From: the human T2T-CHM13v2.0 reference genome, Homo sapiens
Direction: 5' to 3' (one strand)
DNA length: 64,000 nt
Assembly: GCF_009914755.1 (NCBI RefSeq)
Contig: NC_060931.1
Numbering within the stretch: the first letter of the stretch is position 1; each line of letters begins with the position of its first letter. Both the position numbers and the translations under genes were made by a program. Of the stretch, positions 1 through 17,404 are shown in pieces. A model generated the notes under the pieces. That model was given only the letters and a program-made list of their open reading frames with translations, was not told the origin of the DNA and searched no databases.

Positions 1-358
1 TTAGGCAAATGGGAATTTTTGCACTGTTTTCCCATCAGGATAAAGGAAAATGTATTTAGATGAAGTCTAAATGAATGGATGCTATATTTGCATATGGGAT
101 GCAAGAAAATGAGAGATGAGCTTGGATCACCTATTCCTGTGGAGTTTGAGTGATATCTCTTACTGATTTTTTGTTGAATCTGGGAGCCACAAATGGAAGT
201 CTTCTCATATTTAATGCTGTGGGGCTAGGGGGAGAGTGAGAGACAAGGTGCAGACTCCAAATAAAGGATAAAAAGGAAATCAAAGATGCCAAGGTGGAAG
301 TGAAGCAAAACAGGTGAATGGATGATAAGTTTGGAAAAAAAACTTAAATAGGATATGA

Positions 359-678
<320 letters not shown>

Positions 679-1189
679 AGGAGCAACTGCGATGGTTTTA
701 TACACAATTCAAGGGCCAGATTAGGGTTGAATAACCTTACACCATTGCCAAAATCATTTCCTTCAGTGCCAAGAGCTACTCAATCTCCTCCCTGTACTTC
801 AAGGTCCAATTTATTACCTTCTCCTCTAAGAAGCCTTGATCATTGTGAGATGCAAGTGATATCACTGCCTTTGCATACTTATGCATACTCTTCTTCCTAG
901 ACTCAAGGACCCATTACTTTAAACACTCTCTTTACAATATTTTCTAATCCCGTATCCCTGTATTCATGTGCTCCAAGTGCCCTGCAAATGTTTTGAAGAC
1001 AAAGGTAGTGAAATTGTCCATCCAATGTGGAGAATAAGAGTGGTAGCTGAACAGGCATTGAGAAAAATGTAGAATGACATTTAGATCTCAGCAGAGGTTA
1101 AAAGCAATACATTTTTAGGGACATGAAAAGGGCTGGCTGTGTCTAACAGAGATCTCTGCTTGAACCTAACAGGCTTTAGGAACCTCCTT

Positions 1190-1295
1190 ACCTGGTTTTG
1201 AATTCTGGCTTGATCAGTTACTAGCTTTGCGGACATTTGAGTCATTTTACGTTCCTATTCACATGTTCATCTCGAAAATGGGGATTATAGTAGGT
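1190..1295 (+). mobile_element. MIR core fragment
   Basis: cctggttttgaattctggct...catctcgaaaatgggattatag resembles the MIR core. Confidence 0.6.
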
Positions 1296-1297
1296 AG

Positions 1298-1603
<306 letters not shown>

Positions 1604-1759
1604 AGTCTTTTTTATCTGAAATACAAATTGTTCTGTGACCTTGCATCTCTCTCCAGCCAGCCCAACATCTCTTCTTTTTTCTCTGTCATCCGGTTTTTGA
1701 AACAGCACTTTATACTTTCTGCTTTTGTTTCTCTATCTCTTATTTGCTCTGTAAACAGC

Positions 1760-2071
1760 TACAACCTAAGGTCGCTAATAGTCTGCTCAAATGCCACCTT
1801 CTCAGTAAGACCCTTCTTAATCCCTCAATTTATAATGCCAACCGGCTCCAATTTAAAATAGCTTCACTCCTGGGCACGCTTCATCCTTCTTTTCTGAATT
1901 GTTTGTCTCCGTGGCAGTTACCAACTTCTAAAATACCATGTAATTCATTTATCTGTTTTGTCTATTATCTGCAATCCCCATGAGAATATAAGCTCTATGA
2001 AGGCTGGAGGTTTGTCTCTTCTGGTCAGTGCCAACAGCATCATTGATGTTAATAAGTATTTGCCAAATGAA
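1760..2071 (+). mobile_element. L2 3' end fragment
   Basis: ctcaaatgccaccttctcag..., gaatataagctctatgaagg..., ending aataagtatttgccaaatgaa (L2 tail motif). Confidence 0.7.
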
Positions 2072-2441
2072 CATGTGTCCATCAGTCCTTAAGTTACTGA
2101 ACCTCTGAAACATTCGATGCTATGTGTGCTTCTGTTAATGTCTCGCTATTGTCTTCTCTTTTAGATTCTGTGACACCCTCTCCCAGGTTTTCACCGTCAC
2201 CTTGATGGCCACTTGCTCCCAATCTAGGCTGTCCCTTTCTCCTTTCACATGTTAAAAATCAAGATACCCCCAGGGTTGCATACTTGCTCCCTTCCTTGCT
2301 GTTTATTTTTTTCCTTTAGTCTGATTCATTCCATCCCAGTAGTCCCCAAAGTCAACTCATTACAGTAGTAATTCAAAACTTCAAAGTCCATATGTATTAG
2401 TCCTGCTATGTTCAGGGCTGCTACGTTCAGGTCTGTTCTAG

Positions 2442-2758
<317 letters not shown>

Positions 2759-2841
2759 TGTTCTAGGCGCTTTCTATGGATCAATTCGTAATCCTCACAG
2801 TAAACTGTGAAGTAGGTATTTACCCTCAATATCTCATTTTA

Positions 2842-3153
2842 GGCCCAGGCATGGTGGCTCATGCCTGTAATCCCAGCCCTTGGGCAGATCAAGGCAGAAG
2901 GATTTCTTGAGCTCAAGAGTTTGAGGACAGCCTAGGCAACATAGTAAAACTGTCTCTCTACAAAAAATAAGTAATAAAAATAAATTAGCCAGGTGTGGTG
3001 ATGCACTCCTATGGTCCCAGCTACTCAGGAAGCTGAGGTGGGAGGATCAATTGAGCCCCAGGAAGTCAAGGAGGCACTGAGCTGTGATCATGTCACTGCA
3101 CCCCAGGCTGGGTGACAGATCAAGGCTCTTTCAAAAAAAGAAAAAAAAAAAAA
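2842..3153 (+). mobile_element. AluJ inserted in a minus-strand MIR (~2760-3290)
   Basis: Diverged dimer with AluJ-type ttgagcccc; MIR (gatgagaaaattgaggcacagaaagg) resumes after the tail. Confidence 0.9.
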
Positions 3154-3416
3154 ACTCATTGTCTGGATGAGAAAATTGAGGCACAGAAAGGTTAATATCT
3201 TACCCAAGGTCGCGAAGCTAGGAAGTGATACAGCAATGATCACTCTTGGGCAGCCTGGGTTCCGAGATCGTGCATCTCTTAACCATTTGATAATGCTGGC
3301 CCTCCAGATAGACTCTGAACATGTCCACATCTGTATTTCCCAGCCTAGACCACTCCCCTGAGCTCCCAACCTAGGTGGTCCTTTTCTCCACTCACATGTT
3401 AAAAGTCAAAATAGAT

Positions 3417-3745
<329 letters not shown>

Positions 3746-5536
3746 TCAGACATACCTGAAACTCTATATAATAAAGGCTCAACTTCCCCCAAACCAGGAA
3801 TTCCTTCTACTTTCCCCATTTTCATCAACAGCAACTCCAGCCACTTGAGCATCCACACCATAAGTTAGAAAATCAACCCGGAGGCTCTCCAGTCCCTTAT
3901 CCCTAGAGCCATCCAATCAAGCAAGAGTTGATGTTAAATCTACCTCTTAACAACTGTAGAATTATTGACAAGCACTTCCATTGATCAGATCTGCTAATTC
4001 TCGGTAATCACTTCAGCGTCCTCACCACCTTTGATCCTGTTCTCCACACGGTCACTCTATACACTGGTGCTACAGTGAGCTTCCTAAAGTGCACATCTGA
4101 TCACAGCCTTCTAGCGTCTTTCCTCTATCCAATTCCTTATTTTTGCCCCCAACGCAGAAATCTGGCTCTTGTAATCTGGCTTGGAATTCTGGCTCTTGTC
4201 CACCATAATCTCTCTCCTCTCTTTTCCTCCCTGCTCCCCTAAAAGTCCCGCTCCGAATCTCTGAGCAGGACAAGTTCTCACCTTGTATTTGGATATATTT
4301 AGGATTAAACTGATCTTCTTCACTTCTAGCTAGAAATTAACACATGCCCGGCACATAGTAGCTGTTTGTTCAGTAAACGAATAGTCACTTCTGCAGCAAC
4401 GTTGCCTTTCCCCTACTTTCTGCTCCTCTAAGTCATCTATCTTTTTTCTTTCTTATCCTTGTAACCTGCACATCTATAAGTCATCTATCTTGGTAACCCC
4501 CATTTATTCTTCACAACTTAGTTACCCTCTCCAGGAAGCCATCTCTAACACTCTCTCACTCTCCCAAACTTGAGTGGTTAGGAGTCCTCGTCATAATTTG
4601 ATACAAAGCTTATGGTTTGGATGGCAATTGCTAGTTTGTTTTTCTGCCCTTCACCCACACCACTACTCCCCAGATTAATCTATAATGAATTTTGCTCTAC
4701 GAAGGATTGGTTGGTCTAAGAGAGACTTGCAGATGACACAAGTTTCCTAAGGATATTATAAAATACATTTGCAGGAAGTTGTATTTGTTTAGCAGGGCTG
4801 TCTTCGTGAGGACACTTTGGAGAAATGTCTTTTGTATTTTGGTGTCAAGAATAGCTTGGCAGTGCAACTTGTTAATGAACCCTGTGAATGCTACAGTTGA
4901 TTAAGTTCTGTCTCCCCATGGGCCCTCTAGAAAACTTAGAGCTCATTGTAGTACATGTGTACAATTCCAGGGTTTACCTTTACTATTATTATAATAGCTA
5001 TCATTTACTCAGGTTTACTGAATGCTTTATTTCATATTAATAATAAAGGCAAACATTTGTTCAGTGTTGACAATTGTTGAGTGTTTGCTAGGCTCTGTGT
5101 TAAGGAAATTAGCCTTGTGTCATATTTACAGTAACCACCAAGTTGGAAAGTTGTGTTTTGTGCACCCCTGAGTTGGTGGTTGCAAGTTGCACACCCCAAA
5201 CTCAAGAGTGCACAAGACACATTTCTTCTTCTTATGTGTTCTTTGCTTTTCCAGGACTATGTGTATGTTTTGAGAGGCTTACTTGGTACCAAAGTACCAG
5301 CAGACAACCTGAGCTGGGGCTGGAGCCTCTGCTCCTAGGTGATTTCATCTGTCGTGGCTGCTATCCCACTAAGAAGTCTTCCTTTCTATGTAAACGTCAG
5401 TCACCTGTCCACAGATGACATTGTGTCTGGCCAATCTCCTGAAGCCCCCATTCTGCTACATGAACCCTGGGTTCTGATACCTCATTGGGTTCCACCAAGG
5501 GTGATGCCTGGTCCTCTTGCTTCCAGATCCCCCACT

Positions 5537-5871
5537 TTCTTTTTCCTTTGTTTTGTTTGTTTGTTTGTTTGTTTGTTTACAGATAAGTTCTCTCTTTGTT
5601 GCCCAGGCTGGAGTGTGGTAGCATGATCCTGACTCGCTGCAGTCTCAAACTCCTGGGCTCAAGCAATCCTCCCACTCCAGCCTACTCAATAGCTAGGAGA
5701 ACAGTTGTGCCCCACCATGTCCAGATTTTTTTTTAATTTTTATTTTTTTTTGTAGAGATGGAGTGTTGTTATGTTGTCCAAGCTAGTCTTGACCTCCTGG
5801 CCTCAAGCGATCCTCCCACCTCAGCTTCCCAAGTGCTGGGATTATAGATGTGAGCCATTGCACCCTGCCCC
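5537..5871 (-). mobile_element. AluJ with (TTTG)n tail
   Basis: Diverged dimer; TSD cagatcccc on both sides. Confidence 0.9.
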
Positions 5872-5915
5872 AGATCCCCTTCATCTACGTGTGTCTTCTC
5901 ATTACCTGCCACTGA

Positions 5916-6320
<405 letters not shown>

Positions 6321-6519
6321 ACATTTGAGTCTTGATCGTGGGGTCTTGGGGGGAGGAAGAGCTGAATATATGTGTTTATCACTCTATGCATCTGGTGCTC
6401 TCAGCCTTGACTTTTGAGGCAATTACCAACAACTGATTGTTAATATTTGCTGTGCCATCCCTCTGAGTGCACATATGTGGAAAATATTCTAGCTGGCTGT
6501 GCACTGGAGGAGAGGCAGG

Positions 6520-7039
6520 AAGGTCCCCAAGACCATCCCCAGGCTTGATGATTTACTGGGAGGATTCATATGACTCAGATTCATGGCCATGATTTATTAT
6601 AATGAAAGGATTCAAAGCAAATGGCACGAGTAAAGTCCGAGGAAATCAGTTGCAAGCTTCAAGAGTCTTCTACTGGGAAAGTCACAAAGGAGGCACTTAA
6701 TTCTCCCAACAATGGGTTGTGACAGTGCGTGTGAAATGCCAACAGGGAAGTTCATTACAGACTCAATGTTCCAAGGTCTTTACTGGGGGCTGGTCACGTA
6801 AGCACCCTCTGCTTAACATGTACCAAAATTCCAGATGCCCAGCAGGAAAGCTGGCGTTCCTCATCAACCACATTGTTTGTACAAACAACTTAGACATAGT
6901 GAGCCACTCTTATCTGTTAGGGACAGGTGGGAACCCTTGCAAACTCCAAGTTCCCAGATGCCGCCAAGGGCCAACCTTGTAAGCATGTCTTTCAAAGGAC
7001 AGCAGTTAGGCCTGCTAAGGGGACTCTGTTCTGCAGACA
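6520..7039 (-). mobile_element. MER21-like LTR, partial
   Basis: ggtccccaagaccatcccc...caagttcccagatgcccgccaagggccaaccttg...ggcctgcta matches recalled MER21B/C. Confidence 0.7.
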
Positions 7040-7369
7040 AACTAAATGGGGAATGTGAAGAGTCCAGGAAAGTGTTATGTCTGTGTTGGGGTGTGGAGTG
7101 GAGAGGAAAGAAGGAAAGCCAGGGGACAGACCTCAATTACTATTTCAAAATATTTTCATGCCACAGATTTGTTTCTTCTATTTTATAGATAAGCCAATGA
7201 AAGCTCAAAGAACTTAAGGGAATGCATATAAAGCTAGGAGGCATAGGCTTAAATCTAGGCCTGTCTGAACTCAAGTCCATATTCCCAACTGCTCACCATT
7301 CCTGTCTCTATTCCATGTCCTTCCCCTTCCTATCCTTATGATCCATCCTGAATCTCCTATATTATCTTC

Positions 7370-7505
7370 CTGCACAGTGGCTCACACCTGCAATTCCAAC
7401 ACTTTGGGAGGCTGAGGGAGGATGATTGTTTGAGCCCAGTAGTTTGAGACTTGCCTGGACAACACAGCAAGATCCCATCTCAAAAATATAAAATAAAACA
7501 AGAAA
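7370..7505 (+). mobile_element. FLAM / free left Alu monomer
   Basis: Left arm only, followed by an A-rich tail. Confidence 0.8.
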
Positions 7506-7956
7506 TAATTATTCTTTTAAATCACCTTAATTTTTTTGTAAAACATGGTGGAAAATACACTAAATTCCTTGAGTATTCTCATTAGACTCTCTACCCAGAT
7601 TATAAGCTCCTTGAAGGTAGACATCATGTCATCTTTCTCATCCTCATGATTTAAATAAAGGAATGATAGCACTTGAGAAATGGAAGAACTCAAGACAGAA
7701 ATACAGTGCATCTGAAAGCACCAGCAATAGAAAGGAGGATGCTGGGATGTCCTCGATGCCTGGTGATGCCACCTCTCCCACCTGACCCTGCTTCCAATTT
7801 AGTCACCTTGACCAGGCTCCATCTACTTATGTAGGTGGGGTTCAGTGAGACCATTAATAAGCCATCTATTTATATCAGAGACCTATCCTCCTTAAATGAG
7901 AAAACCATTTCACACTTACCTACATTAGCATTGGCCACATCCAGGATAAAGGCTCA

Positions 7957-8318
<362 letters not shown>

Positions 8319-8969
8319 CTACAAGTAGCAAGAGCTGCCAGTGAGTGTTCTCTTGGCTTGGCCTTGGCACCTGCTACCTCTAGCATCCTGTGTTTGTATG
8401 CTGCAGGCATAGGGAATATCCAGTTCATGTATTTGAACTTGCTATCACATTTTTGCATACAGATAACACACAGAGCCTCTGATTTCTCAGCAAAGAAAAA
8501 CTAGGAAACTGGGAGCAAAGGTCTACCTTCCCAAACTATAGGCAGTCATCCACAATGACAAATTATTTGAGGAATCTGTAATCAGTAGATTGAAAGGAAC
8601 CATCAGTAATGTATATAGCACGCGCCCAAGAGAGGGAGCAAATTGTTGGCTGGAGAATTTTGTTTTTAATTAAACAGGTAATGTATGCTTGCGTTTAGTC
8701 CTATAAATGAAAACGTATTCACTACAGAGGCATGAATCCTATTAGGCCTTCCTGTACATAAACTGTATGGGTGATTACCACTGATTACTGTACTATTAGA
8801 GACCTGTGCATGGAGTGGCTTGATTGTAGCCTGCCTGGCTCCTGAAAGGGTTCCCGTGTGTTTTGTCTGAATTGTAGAGAATCAGTAGGGCTGCAGATTG
8901 CCTGGCAATTCAATTGCGGGTTTGGATAGTTGTGCGTAGGGGTTACAAATGCATACCATCAAATAGAAC

Positions 8970-9034
<65 letters not shown>

Positions 9035-9381
9035 TTTCCTTTTTCCTTCTTTCTTCTTTTTTGTTCTTTCTTCTCTCTTTCTTCTTTTTTTTAGACAGAG
9101 TCTTGGGTCTTACTCTGTCACGCAGGCTTGAGTGCAGTGACCCGATTATGGCTCACTGCAACCTCAAACTCCTGGCCTCAAGCGATCCTCTCACCTCAGC
9201 CACCCAAGTAGCTGGGACTACAGATGCACCACCATACCCAGCTGATTTTTGTATTTTTTGTAGAGACAGGGTCTCGCTCTCTTGCCCAGGCTGGTTGCAA
9301 ACTCCTGGGCTCAAGTGATGCTCCCATCTTGGCTTCCCAAAGTGCTGGGATTATAGGCACGAGTCACCCACCATGCCTGGT
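8970..9381 (-). mobile_element. AluJ whose tail has expanded into a (TTTC)n microsatellite (8970-9090)
   Basis: About 15 TTTC units then the Alu reverse complement; TSD tagaa(c/t)tcttt. Confidence 0.92.
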
Positions 9382-9854
9382 CTAGAATTCTTTCTTTATA
9401 CAGGCCAAAGAAAGAGAAAAGAGGTCTATCAGGGAGAAAGTGGTATCCAGGAGGCTCCAGGAGCCTCTCACCTTGAGCATAAATTGGATAAGCAGACTTC
9501 TCCTGGCAGGTACCTATCCATATCATTTGACATAGTCATCCTAGTGGTCTCAGTGGCTATAGTCACTTCTACTTTGTAGAATTCCTAAAACTCACGCCTT
9601 CAATACAGGATGTTCACTCTAGACATTTGTGTCTCATTTTGGAAATCATGAAAGGCAATAGACCTGTGAACTAAACTAAATTTATCTGTTTTTTCCCCTC
9701 ACATACCTCTCCTTTCTGACCCTTCAACTGGCTCTACAAGCTGCCTCTGACCACATCACATCCCCTGAAAACCCACCCATCTCATCTATGCTCCTCTTTC
9801 CCATAGACATTGGCTCTTTGGCCCTTACATGTGTGTTCATCAAAAAACACTTGC

Positions 9855-10150
9855 ACTACACAAAAAGCCACATTTTGGATGATTCCCTTCACAGGAAATA
9901 GCCAAAATAGGCAGGTCCATTGAGACAGAAAGCAAATTAGTTTTTGCCAAAAGCTGGAAGAGAGAGGAATATGGAATGACTGCTTAATGGGTGCAACATC
10001 TCCTTTTGGGGTGATAAAAATTTTCTGGAGTTAGATCGTGGTGATGGCTTCACATTTTGAATGTACCTAATGACACTGAATGGCAGACTTCAAAATGGTT
10101 ACAATAGCACATTTTATGTCATGTATATTTTATACCACCACCACCACCAT
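9855..10150 (+). mobile_element. L1MB-type 3' end fragment
   Basis: gagacagaaagcaaattag...ttttggggtgataaaaattttctggag...; flanked by aaaaacacttgc at 9843 and 10151 (TSD). Confidence 0.8.
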
Positions 10151-10402
10151 AAAAACACTTGCTCCAACGTGAGGCTAGTTTATACAAAAACAATTAGAAT
10201 TGAGCTGCGACTATACTTCGTAATCCCATGCTTTTAATCAAGTTCTTCAAATCCTGAAGTCAAAGGAGCGATTGGTAGTGGAAATTTCAGACTATAACAG
10301 GAACTAGAATAGATAGTCCAGAGTATCTGTGGTCCTTGACCTTCAATTGCACAACTGTGGAGCATTCATTATTTGTTTTGCATATAAATTGTGTGAGAAT
10401 GT

Positions 10403-10445
<43 letters not shown>

Positions 10446-10448
10446 CTC
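10403..10448. repeat. (CT)n microsatellite
   Basis: Direct reading. Confidence 0.9.
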
Positions 10449-10857
10449 AGATTTCCAAGTTGGGAGGAAGAGCGTTTGCATGGAAAATTGTTGCTGGCTA
10501 ATCCAACAAACTCAAAAGCTTGGCAGGCCCGGTCCTCTTCTACTGAATTACTAAATCGAGGTTCTGTCTCCAGCCAGCCAGCAACACCTGCTCTGCTTCT
10601 CCTTGGCTGAAACTTACCCCTTTGTACACAGACGTCTACTCCCCTCTCCCTCTCTCTCCCCATAGCCTCCTGCATACACTGTGAGCCCCCCTCACCTGCT
10701 CCCCACTTCTGAATCTGTCAGAGAGAAATTCTCAAATCATTAAAAACATAACTTTCTTACAAATGGATAATGAATACATGTCAGAGTTTTATTTAACTCT
10801 TTGTTGAAAAAAACAGCAGAATGACAGAACTGATTTGATGGAGTAGGGAAACTGGGA

Positions 10858-11158
10858 TTTATTTTTTCTTTTTAAGAGACAGGATTTCCCTCTGTTGCCC
10901 AGGCTAGAAGTGCAGTGGTACAATCATAGCTCAATGCAGCCTCAAACTCCTGGGCTCAAGTGATCCTCTTGCCTCAGCCTCCCAAGTAACTGGGACTACA
11001 GGTGTGTGACATCAGGCCTGGCTAGATATTATTTTTTTGTAAAGACAGCGTCTTGCTATGTTGCCCAGGCTGGTCTCGAGCTCCTGGCCTCAAGCAATCT
11101 TTCCACCTCAGCCTCCCAAAGTGCTGGGATTACAGGCATGAGCCACTGTGTCTGACCA
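10858..11158 (-). mobile_element. AluJ
   Basis: Dimer; TSD gaaactggga. Confidence 0.93.
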
Positions 11159-11229
11159 GAAACTGGGAATTTTACAATCTGAAAGGAAACTAAGGCTAAG
11201 GAAGACTGCCAAGTTAGGTACAAAACTAG

Positions 11230-11867
<638 letters not shown>

Positions 11868-12559
11868 TCAAGAATATATGCTTTTAGCTGTTTCCATCGG
11901 GTCCCTTTATGTCTCCATCAGAACGAGAAGTGTGGCATTCTCAATACCTCTACCATGCTAGGAGCCGAGGGTATGCTCCTTAATAATGATGACACCAAGC
12001 CTCTATTGACTGTTCACTCTTGCCAAGCTCTGCCTTAACTACTTTGCAAGGATTGTCTCCTCCCTCATTCTGCACACGTTTTAGTAATTCCTGCTTGCAA
12101 CTTACAGCATGAGCTAAATAGCTTCATGTTATATGTCTATTGATATTCGCAGTCTGGGAATTCACTCACTTTTTGTTGCTGACAACATCAGTAAAGTGAA
12201 CATCCATGTTGATGGTATGACAGTACTTGGACTTTCTCAACTGGAAGTAGGTCAGGTTTGCCTTTGGTTCCTTCAGCCACACCTACGAGGCCCCTGTTTC
12301 CCATTCTAAGGATCATTCTTTTCAGGAATCATGAGACTTCAGGATCTTGCTCCTGTTGAACTCCAACTAAAGGAACCTGCTGCAAGTCTGCAGTTACCTG
12401 AGTGTGAATCTCAGCTCCAGGAGTTTGTGTTGGAATCCACATCTCTCACTGAGGTTGTTAAGGCTTGGTTTTCTTCTTTATGAATTCCAGGTACCCAATA
12501 ACAGGCTTGAGGAAGGTATGGTCTTAAAGGTGTGATAGCAAGACTTTGCCAGGGCATTT

Positions 12560-12899
12560 GAAGCCCCACTCTATACATTCGTCTCTGAAGGCTGACTTCC
12601 ATGTAGAGCACAGACATCATAGATGAACAAGCTGAGATATGAATACATTTAGAAGAAAAAGGAGGAATTGCTGTGTCCTGTGCGGAAATGGTTAGTTCCT
12701 TTCCCTTCCCGACTTTTCATACCTTATTAAGTTCCTTTTAGTAATTTTTATTCATTGTCTCACCCTACCCATTGGCTATACACCCCTACTTGTCACTGTT
12801 ATATTGCAAGTTGAGTTCAATATCTCCCCCTTATTGTAATAGTCTTTAATAAAGCTTTCCTTGCCATTTTTACCAACTATCAGAATAATTTTCTTTCAG
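12560..12899 (+). mobile_element. ERV LTR 3' part (MER31/MER34-like, family uncertain)
   Basis: gagttcaatatctcccccttattgtaatagtctttaataaagctttcc...tttca; AATAAA and CA terminus. Confidence 0.45.
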
Positions 12900-14227
12900 T
12901 GATGCTCATGGCCTGTAATCCCAGCACTTTGGGAGGCTGAGGTGGGCAGATTATATTTACGCTAAAGCTTTTACCCCAAGAACTATCTTGATGGCATGGC
13001 CTGGGTGCAGCCGATTTGAAACAAAAGGAAGCTGGAGAAGCAAGAGCTGTTCTGTCACTTGCTACTACCTCTGAATGTCTCTGGGACAATGACCATAGAG
13101 ACTTTTATGGCCCTGGCAATGACATCTGCAGCCAAGGGCTAAGAGGACACCCCAAGCCCCACACACCTGAGAGACCATCTGTAAAGCAAGCAGAAGGTCA
13201 AACAGGAAATATAATTTTAGCTCATAATGACGAATCCCATCAATGACAGCAGTTCCTCTTGCTTGCCAGACAGAGCCTCAGGTCCTGCATTGAAGAGATC
13301 ACTAAACAGTCCAAGATGATCAGCCACTTGCCAGCAAGTGTTCTTGAAAGCTTTTCTTCCTGGGGCTGGAAAGGCTCCCAGAAGCACAACTAGAGCTGTG
13401 AAGCCTGCTTTCTAACAAAGGCTGCTAAGGAAGACAGAAAGCCAGGTGGGCCTGTCCAACCCACTTAGTCCAGGTGGGACAGGTACCAAGCATGTCACGC
13501 TTTCTTAATTAACCATTCACTGCTGCCTTGCACAGACTAAAGCTGTAATTTCCCAAGACTATCCAAGGTGACATAGGCTCCTCTTCTAAAGGCATTAATT
13601 GGGAACATCTCATTCCCCGTGGCAGGGGTGGAGCAGATCTTTCCGACTGGAGTGTGTATTTATTTAGAGCTATTACCACATAATATTTACAAGATACTTA
13701 ACATGCATTAATTACCCTGTAATGAACTCTGTGGCTACAATATCAATGTTCTGTCAGGACTGTAAAATGTCCCTACACATACACATGCACACTTTTTTAT
13801 CACCTCAGGGAATAAATGAAAAATTAAAATTAATTGCATGCCTATTAAATGCTTATTTTTAATAGAAAATGTGCAAATGATGTGAAAATGCAAAATAGGG
13901 TACACAGTAAATGAAAAGCAGATAACACATACTTCTAGACACACTCTACTGTTTTTATGAGCATGTTTTACAATCCATTCATTATTCTGTCTGTCCTTCT
14001 GAAAGCTAGTTATTATATTGCTCATACAAAGAAACATGTGAATGGCTGTGCAACAAACCATGAAAATCAGAACAAAACTGAACATTTCTGCTGCTATTTG
14101 AACCCGCCTCCCTCAAATCTCTGCCAGGAGAATTCTTACAGGAGGTTTATCCCAACAACACCCACTCAAAGCCTGTAGAAGAGAGAGAAGGGGAAGACTA
14201 GCTATGGTAGCTCAAGATTCAAGTTAC

Positions 14228-14931
<704 letters not shown>

Positions 14932-15094
14932 GTGGTTAATCAAGGAATGGTCAGCAACCATCTTATTTCTTCAGATGACAGAATTTTCTCTGGAGGCAAG
15001 GAGATGAGGTAAGAGAATAAGAGTTGTACAGAATAATCCGCATCATAGAATCACAGGTGATCACTGCTACATATCCCTCCCCAAATATAAGTAA

Positions 15095-15376
<282 letters not shown>

Positions 15377-16267
15377 TAAGTCATTTTTATATTACCCATG
15401 GCATGTCACCATCCAGGCTATATTTCAATGATATGGGCACCTTAACTGAATGAACAGAGTTTAACTGATTTAGTTTTCAGAAAAATCTTTCTTAATTAAG
15501 CCAATATCTTATGTCTAAAATTTGTACCCATTTGTTCTAATGTTGACCTCTGGGACCACAGATAGCTATAAAACATTTTACTCCTTCAATTATTTGACCA
15601 CCTTTTTAGTAGTTGCTAACAGGCATCTCATTCCTGAAAGGGTTAAACTTTTTGGTGATGTGAAGAATGTCCTTACTTTGTACTAAGGCCATGCACCAAA
15701 CAGGCAGGTTTATTTGGAAGTTTATCTATGGACAAATACAGAAGCCCTGGGTTCCAGATCACGGTCTTCCCATGGTTTTTTATAGCATCCCTGCTTTAAT
15801 CATAGCACCCCTGTTTCAATCTACCCACCTATACGATTGAAGTGTCTGTCTCTCTTTTAGGCCAAAGGGCCCTTCAGGTTCTCAGTTTGCTTCTCATTGG
15901 TAGTCATCAGCTTGGACTCTATCCCAGTACACTTGTGCATTTCCTAATTACAGTTTCCAGTTTTATGATAAATGCAGAAACCTTCTTTTATAGAGCTTAC
16001 AACTCGTGACAAGCATGCAATAAAAGTATGAAATGAACATCTTACTCTGAGAGGCGGATTACAGACAAGGGGACTAGTTGACACGAATACATGCTGGAAA
16101 TGATCCAGACAAGAGGAAAATTGAATACATTTCCTAGGTAATGGCCAAACATTGCTTACTTTATGCTACTGAAAATTGTGAAATTATATATTGAATTGTC
16201 TCTTACTTGCACAGAGAAATACCATTGACATCTCTTTGGGTTGCATTTCTTGGAGCATAGAAATGAC

Positions 16268-17150
16268 AGCATTCATTCAACAAACATATATTGACATCCA
16301 CCTTTTGCCAGATACTATGCTAGACACTGGGGACAGGAAAGTTGGAGACACTTCTCTAGAGGTATCCATGAAGGACACAGATATAAAATAGTGATTGTAA
16401 TATGTTGTGTGCTGCTAGCAAGCCACTTCTGATTTGCCAAGAAACCACAGAAGGGAGAATAACCAACTCAACTTTGCACAACTGAGGAAGCCTTTACAGG
16501 GGCACTGATAAGCTAGCTGGGTATAAAAGGGCAAATAAGATTTATAGAGCAGACAAGGGTAGGAAAGACACTCCATTTGAAGGAAGTAACTAGTCAAGGC
16601 CAGTAGGGTAAAGGAACCTGGCAAATTCTGCAATAATATTATTTTGGTATGATTGAAATTAGGGGCATATGAGAGAAAAAAGGAAGAAGAGGCTGATAAA
16701 GTAGTCTGAGTTTGTGTCATGCAAGGCCTTTGATACCTTGCTAAGAATTTAGGGTTTATTTTAGATATATAAAGCAACTTGAAATTTTTGAGCTGGAAAA
16801 TGTTTAATTATGTTTTATGGTAGAAAGAGAAGTTGTGTGGCATTTATAGAAGAGTGGCAGGGTGACACAGGAAGCTGAGAAGTTATTTCAGTAGTCTAGG
16901 AAGGTGCTGATAAGGACCTGGGTGCCAGGCATGGCCATAGGAACAGAGAAAAAGGAGACAGACACAAAAGATGGTTAGGTTGTAGAGTTATCAGGGTCTG
17001 AAGAATTAGTGTACAGGCACAACAAGAGAATAAGAGAATCCAGAAGGATGATTAGGGTTCTTGATTGGGCAATTAGGAGAATAAAGCCATCATTAACCAA
17101 GACATATGGCAAGTTCCAGGGGTAAAATAATAAGTTTTTAAAGGGTATAT
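16268..17150 (-). mobile_element. L2 fragment
   Basis: Starts cattcattcaacaaacatatattg (L2 3' end, reverse complement); purine-rich L2 body follows. Confidence 0.7.
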
Positions 17151-17404
17151 AAATGTTATTTGCCCTTTTATACCCAACTGGTCTATCATTGCCCTGTGAA
17201 GACTTCCTCAGTTGTGCCAAGTTGAGTTGCTTATTCTCCCTTCTGTGGTATCTTGGCAAATCAGAAGTGGCTTGCTAGCAGCACTACAACACATTGCAAT
17301 CATTGTTGTATACATTTATCTCCCCAGATGCCCTGGATCTTCCTGTTTTATATCAAGGCACATTGATATGCGTGATATGTGCATGCAGGCACATTACTGC
17401 AAGC

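Noticed and set aside
4428-4497. 15-bp direct repeat taagtcatctatctt
   Set aside because: Small slippage-type duplication; too short to interpret
10403-10610. (CT)n-AG acceptor-like site followed by an open frame
   Set aside because: The microsatellite explains the pyrimidine tract; no good donor and no recognisable protein
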